From: an uncultured bacterium
GTDB lineage: Bacteria > CAYJRR01
Reading direction: 5' to 3'
Length of the DNA: 20,000 nt
Assembly: GCA_964372275.1 (NCBI GenBank)
Contig: CAYJRR010000006.1
Span: 53,012-73,011, forward strand
Below are positions 17,188-20,000 of this stretch, one piece after another. The position numbers were made by a program, and so were the translations under genes. Each line of letters starts with the position of its first letter. The first letter of the stretch is position 1. The notes beneath the pieces were generated by a model. It was not told the DNA's origin and did not search any database. It was given only the letters and a program-made list of their open reading frames with translations.

Positions 17188-17382
17188 CTCCCCACCCCCT
17201 GGATGTGTGAGAGATCACGAATCGTGCCCTCGGATGAATCATCCCGGATGGAATAGGTTCCCTCCTTCGGAACGGGTAGTTGGCTCCCGGTTGCGCGGGT
17301 CCTCGCGGCGGTCCGAGGGGGACAACCCCCACCGCGCCCGCGTGGGAGGAGAGGCGGGAGCGCCGGTTGGCTCCGTTCCGCT

Positions 17383-18090
17383 TCAGAAGCGGTAACCGAG
17401 GGCGCCGCGGAGGCCGAGCGGGGCGAAGACGTCGCTCGACGAATCCTTGTCGCCCGCGCCGTCGTCCCAGTTCTCGCGCGTGAACAGGACGCGGCCGACG
17501 ACGAACGCCCCGACGGTGTACCGGCCGCGCTGCCAGCGCGCGCCGCCATGCATGCCGAAACCGACGCCGGGGGAGAAGGAGCAGTCGAACTCGTTGTAGT
17601 AGGCGGGAACGCCGGAGCGATACTCCTCGGCGCTGCATGTCCGGGTGAGCAGAAGCTCCGCCGATGCCCCGACGACCCACGGCACCCGCGCCGTTGCCGG
17701 TGCGAGCCTCAACGAGCCGCCCGCGGAGACGTTCCAGAACGACGCCCACCCGTACCACTCGGCGTAGGTGTACCCGGGGCCGGGATAGATCTCTGCCCAG
17801 CGGTAGGTGTTGATGATCCCGACGTCGAGGAACGGCTCGATCCGGTTGGGTCCCAGCCGCCGGATGCGCACGCCGTACTCCGGGCCGACGTCGACGTAGT
17901 AGGAGGCGTACTCCGAGTAGCCGACGAACGCCTCCGCCGCCCAACCGGCGTCCGGCTTGGCCGCGGCGGCCGGCGGCGCCGCCGTTTCGGCGGGGGCCGG
18001 CGGCGTCTCGGCGTCCTGTCCCTGCGCGGCGGCCGGCGAGACCAGGCCCGCCAACGCCATCCACGCCAACACCCGGCCGCTCGTTCCCAT
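17383..18090 (-). CDS. Outer-membrane beta-barrel protein
   Basis: Signal peptide (…LAGLVSPAAA-Q), Pro/Ala linker, alternating amphipathic strands, C-terminal BAM beta-signal-like GALGYRF. The start could alternatively be ATG 18111. Confidence 0.75.
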   Translation of the reverse strand: MGTSGRVLAWMALAGLVSPAAAQGQDAETPPAPAETAAPPAAAAKPDAGWAAEAFVGYSEYASYYVDVGPEYGVRIRRLGPNRIEPFLDVGIINTYRWAEIYPGPGYTYAEWYGWASFWNVSAGGSLRLAPATARVPWVVGASAELLLTRTCSAEEYRSGVPAYYNEFDCSFSPGVGFGMHGGARWQRGRYTVGAFVVGRVLFTRENWDDGAGDKDSSSDVFAPLGLRGALGYRF

Positions 18091-18234
18091 CGATCGCGAT
18101 CGTACCTCCATTTGCCGTTCCGGCGGCGGTCTGGTCAGGGCGTGTCCCGACCGGCCGGTTCCAGTCGGCCCCGCGGCCGCGCCACCGGTGTCGCGGCCGC
18201 GCCCGTTTCCGAGGGAAAGCTCGGAGTTCCGCGG

Positions 18235-18250
18235 TGGTACGTCGCTTGCT
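18235..18250 (+). promoter_or_regulatory. Putative sigma54 promoter for the sugar ABC operon
   Basis: TGGTACGTCGCTTGCT, near-consensus with TTGCT at -12, about 40 nt before GTG 18290. Confidence 0.7.
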
Positions 18251-18289
18251 CGAAGCCACCTCCCCGTGAATGCGCGTGGAGGTCCGGCC

Positions 18290-19342
18290 GTGGCGAACCG
18301 AATTCCATCGTTGCTCCTGGCGGCGTCGCTCGCGGCGGGTGGCTGCAGGTCGAACGGCGCAGACAGGGCGCCGGCCGGCGAGACGATCGTCATCGGCTTC
18401 TCCATGGACACGCTCAAGGAGGAGCGCTGGCAGCGTGACCGCGATCTGTTCGTGGAGAAGGCGACGAGCATGGGGGCCAAGGTCCTTGTGCAGGCGGCCA
18501 ACGGCGACGACGCGCTGCAAAACGCCCAGGCGGAGAACCTCCTCACCCAGGGGGTCGACGTGCTGGTGGTGGCCCCTCACAACGGGAAGACGGCGGCGAC
18601 GATCGTCGAGTCGGCGCACCGGATGGGGGTGCCGGTGATCGCCTACGACCGGCTGATCGAGGACGCCGACGTCGACCTCTACGTCTCGTTCGACAACGTG
18701 AAGGTCGGCGAGCTGCAGGCCCGCTACCTGGTCGATCGCAGGCCCAAAGGGAGCTACGTGCTGATCGGCGGCGCCCCGACCGATCACAACGCGGTGATGT
18801 TCCGCCAGGGCCAGATGAACGTGCTGAAGCCCTACGTCGACCGCGGCGAGATCACGATCGTGGCCGATCCCTGGGCGTCGAACTGGCAGCCGGTCGAGGC
18901 GCTCAAGATCATGGAGAACGCGCTGACCCGGTCGAACAACCGGGTCGACGCGGTGGTCGCCTCCAACGACGGGCTGGCGGGCGGGGCGATCCAGGCCCTC
19001 ACCGAGCAGAAGCTCGCCGGGACGGTTCTCGTCTCCGGCCAGGACGCGGAGCTCTCCGGCTGCAAGCGGATCGTCGCCGGGACGCAGAGCATGACCGTCT
19101 ACAAGCCGATCCGGCTGCTCGCCGGCCAGGCGGCGGAGTCGGCGATCGCCCTGGCGAAGAAGCAGCCGATCGCCGGCGCGACGCGCACGGTGAACAACGG
19201 CCGCAAGGAGGTCCAAAGCCTCCTGCTCGAACCGATCGCCGTCGACCGCGAAAACCTCGCGACGACGGTCGTCTCCGACGGCTACCAGACGGTCGACCAG
19301 GTCTACGCGGAGCTTCCGCCCGACCGGCGTCCGAAGTTGTAG
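18290..19342 (+). CDS. xylF: D-xylose-type ABC transporter substrate-binding lipoprotein
   Basis: GGAGG SD, lipobox LAAGG-C, IGFSMDTLKEERWQRDRDLF, VIAYDRLI, SFDNVKVG, ASNDG, SGQDA, QSMTVYKP. Confidence 0.88.
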   Translation: MANRIPSLLLAASLAAGGCRSNGADRAPAGETIVIGFSMDTLKEERWQRDRDLFVEKATSMGAKVLVQAANGDDALQNAQAENLLTQGVDVLVVAPHNGKTAATIVESAHRMGVPVIAYDRLIEDADVDLYVSFDNVKVGELQARYLVDRRPKGSYVLIGGAPTDHNAVMFRQGQMNVLKPYVDRGEITIVADPWASNWQPVEALKIMENALTRSNNRVDAVVASNDGLAGGAIQALTEQKLAGTVLVSGQDAELSGCKRIVAGTQSMTVYKPIRLLAGQAAESAIALAKKQPIAGATRTVNNGRKEVQSLLLEPIAVDRENLATTVVSDGYQTVDQVYAELPPDRRPKL

Positions 19343-19355
19343 GCGGGGGCTTTCG

Positions 19356-20000
19356 ATGGCGCTCCTCGATCTCCGATCGATCGTGAAGGAGTTCCCCGGC
19401 GTGCGCGCGCTGGGGGGCGTTTCGTTCGACCTGGAGAAGGGGGAGATCCACGCGCTGTGCGGGGAGAACGGCGCGGGGAAGAGCACGCTCCTCAAGATCG
19501 TCAGCGGCTTCTACCCGGCGGGAACGTTCGACGGCGAGATGCGCCTGCGCGGGCGCCCCGCCGCCTTCCGCGGCATCCGCTCCGCCGAGGAGGCCGGGAT
19601 CGCGTTGATCCCCCAGGAGCTGGCGTTGGTCCCCGACCTCTCCGTCGAGGAGAACCTGTTCCTCGGACGCGAACCGGTGAAGGCGGGACGGATCCGCTGG
19701 GACGTCGTCCGCGCGGAGACCGAGCGGTCTTTGGCGAAGGTGGGCCTCGACGTCGACCCGGCGCGCCCGGTCCGGGAGCTGGGCGTCGGACAGCAACAGC
19801 TGGTGGAGATCGCCAAGGCGATCCACAAGAAGGCGGAGATCCTGGTGCTCGACGAGCCGACGGCGGCGCTGGGGGAGGCCGATGCGCAGCGGCTGCTGTC
19901 GCTGCTTCGGGAGCTCCGCTCGTGTGGGGGGGAGAGGGTCAACATCAGCCAACGCCTGGAGGAGGTCTTGCGGATCGCCGACCGCATCTCGGTCCTGCGG
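19356..20000 (+). CDS. xylG: Sugar (xylose-type) ABC transporter ATP-binding protein, truncated by window end
   Basis: KEFPGVRAL…Walker A GENGAGKST, IPQEL Q-loop, LGVGQQQLVEIAKA, Walker B ILVLDEPT. Directly downstream of xylF. Confidence 0.88.
   Translation, partial: MALLDLRSIVKEFPGVRALGGVSFDLEKGEIHALCGENGAGKSTLLKIVSGFYPAGTFDGEMRLRGRPAAFRGIRSAEEAGIALIPQELALVPDLSVEENLFLGREPVKAGRIRWDVVRAETERSLAKVGLDVDPARPVRELGVGQQQLVEIAKAIHKKAEILVLDEPTAALGEADAQRLLSLLRELRSCGGERVNISQRLEEVLRIADRISVLR

Noticed and set aside
17081..19495. 804-aa minus-strand ORF
   Set aside because: Antisense to xylF/xylG and out of frame with the OMP gene; low-complexity composition.

Overview
High-GC bacterial DNA whose gene content (TIGR03001-like sigma factor coupled to a zinc-finger/Ser-Thr kinase/TPR protein, GDDDD-linker lipoproteins, many sigma54-type promoters) suggests Myxococcota or a related lineage; this is inferred, not proven. 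In order, the window holds: the 3' end of a CDS, a 182-bp palindromic CTAG-flanked MITE-like element, a probably frameshifted lipoprotein gene, a PDZ protein, a lipoprotein with three ComEA-like HhH domains, an acidic lipoprotein, an ECF sigma + Ser/Thr kinase-TPR pair, a CreD-family membrane protein, an FAD-dependent oxidoreductase, three secreted hypothetical proteins each behind its own sigma54-type promoter (two are tandem paralogues with EF-hand-like DGKI repeats), corA, a small secreted hydrophobic protein, an outer-membrane beta-barrel protein, and the start of a xylose-type ABC operon (xylF, partial xylG). The best candidates for undescribed biology are the sigma54-driven EF-hand-like paralogue cluster and the triple-HhH lipoprotein. 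No CRISPR array, rRNA or tRNA was seen.
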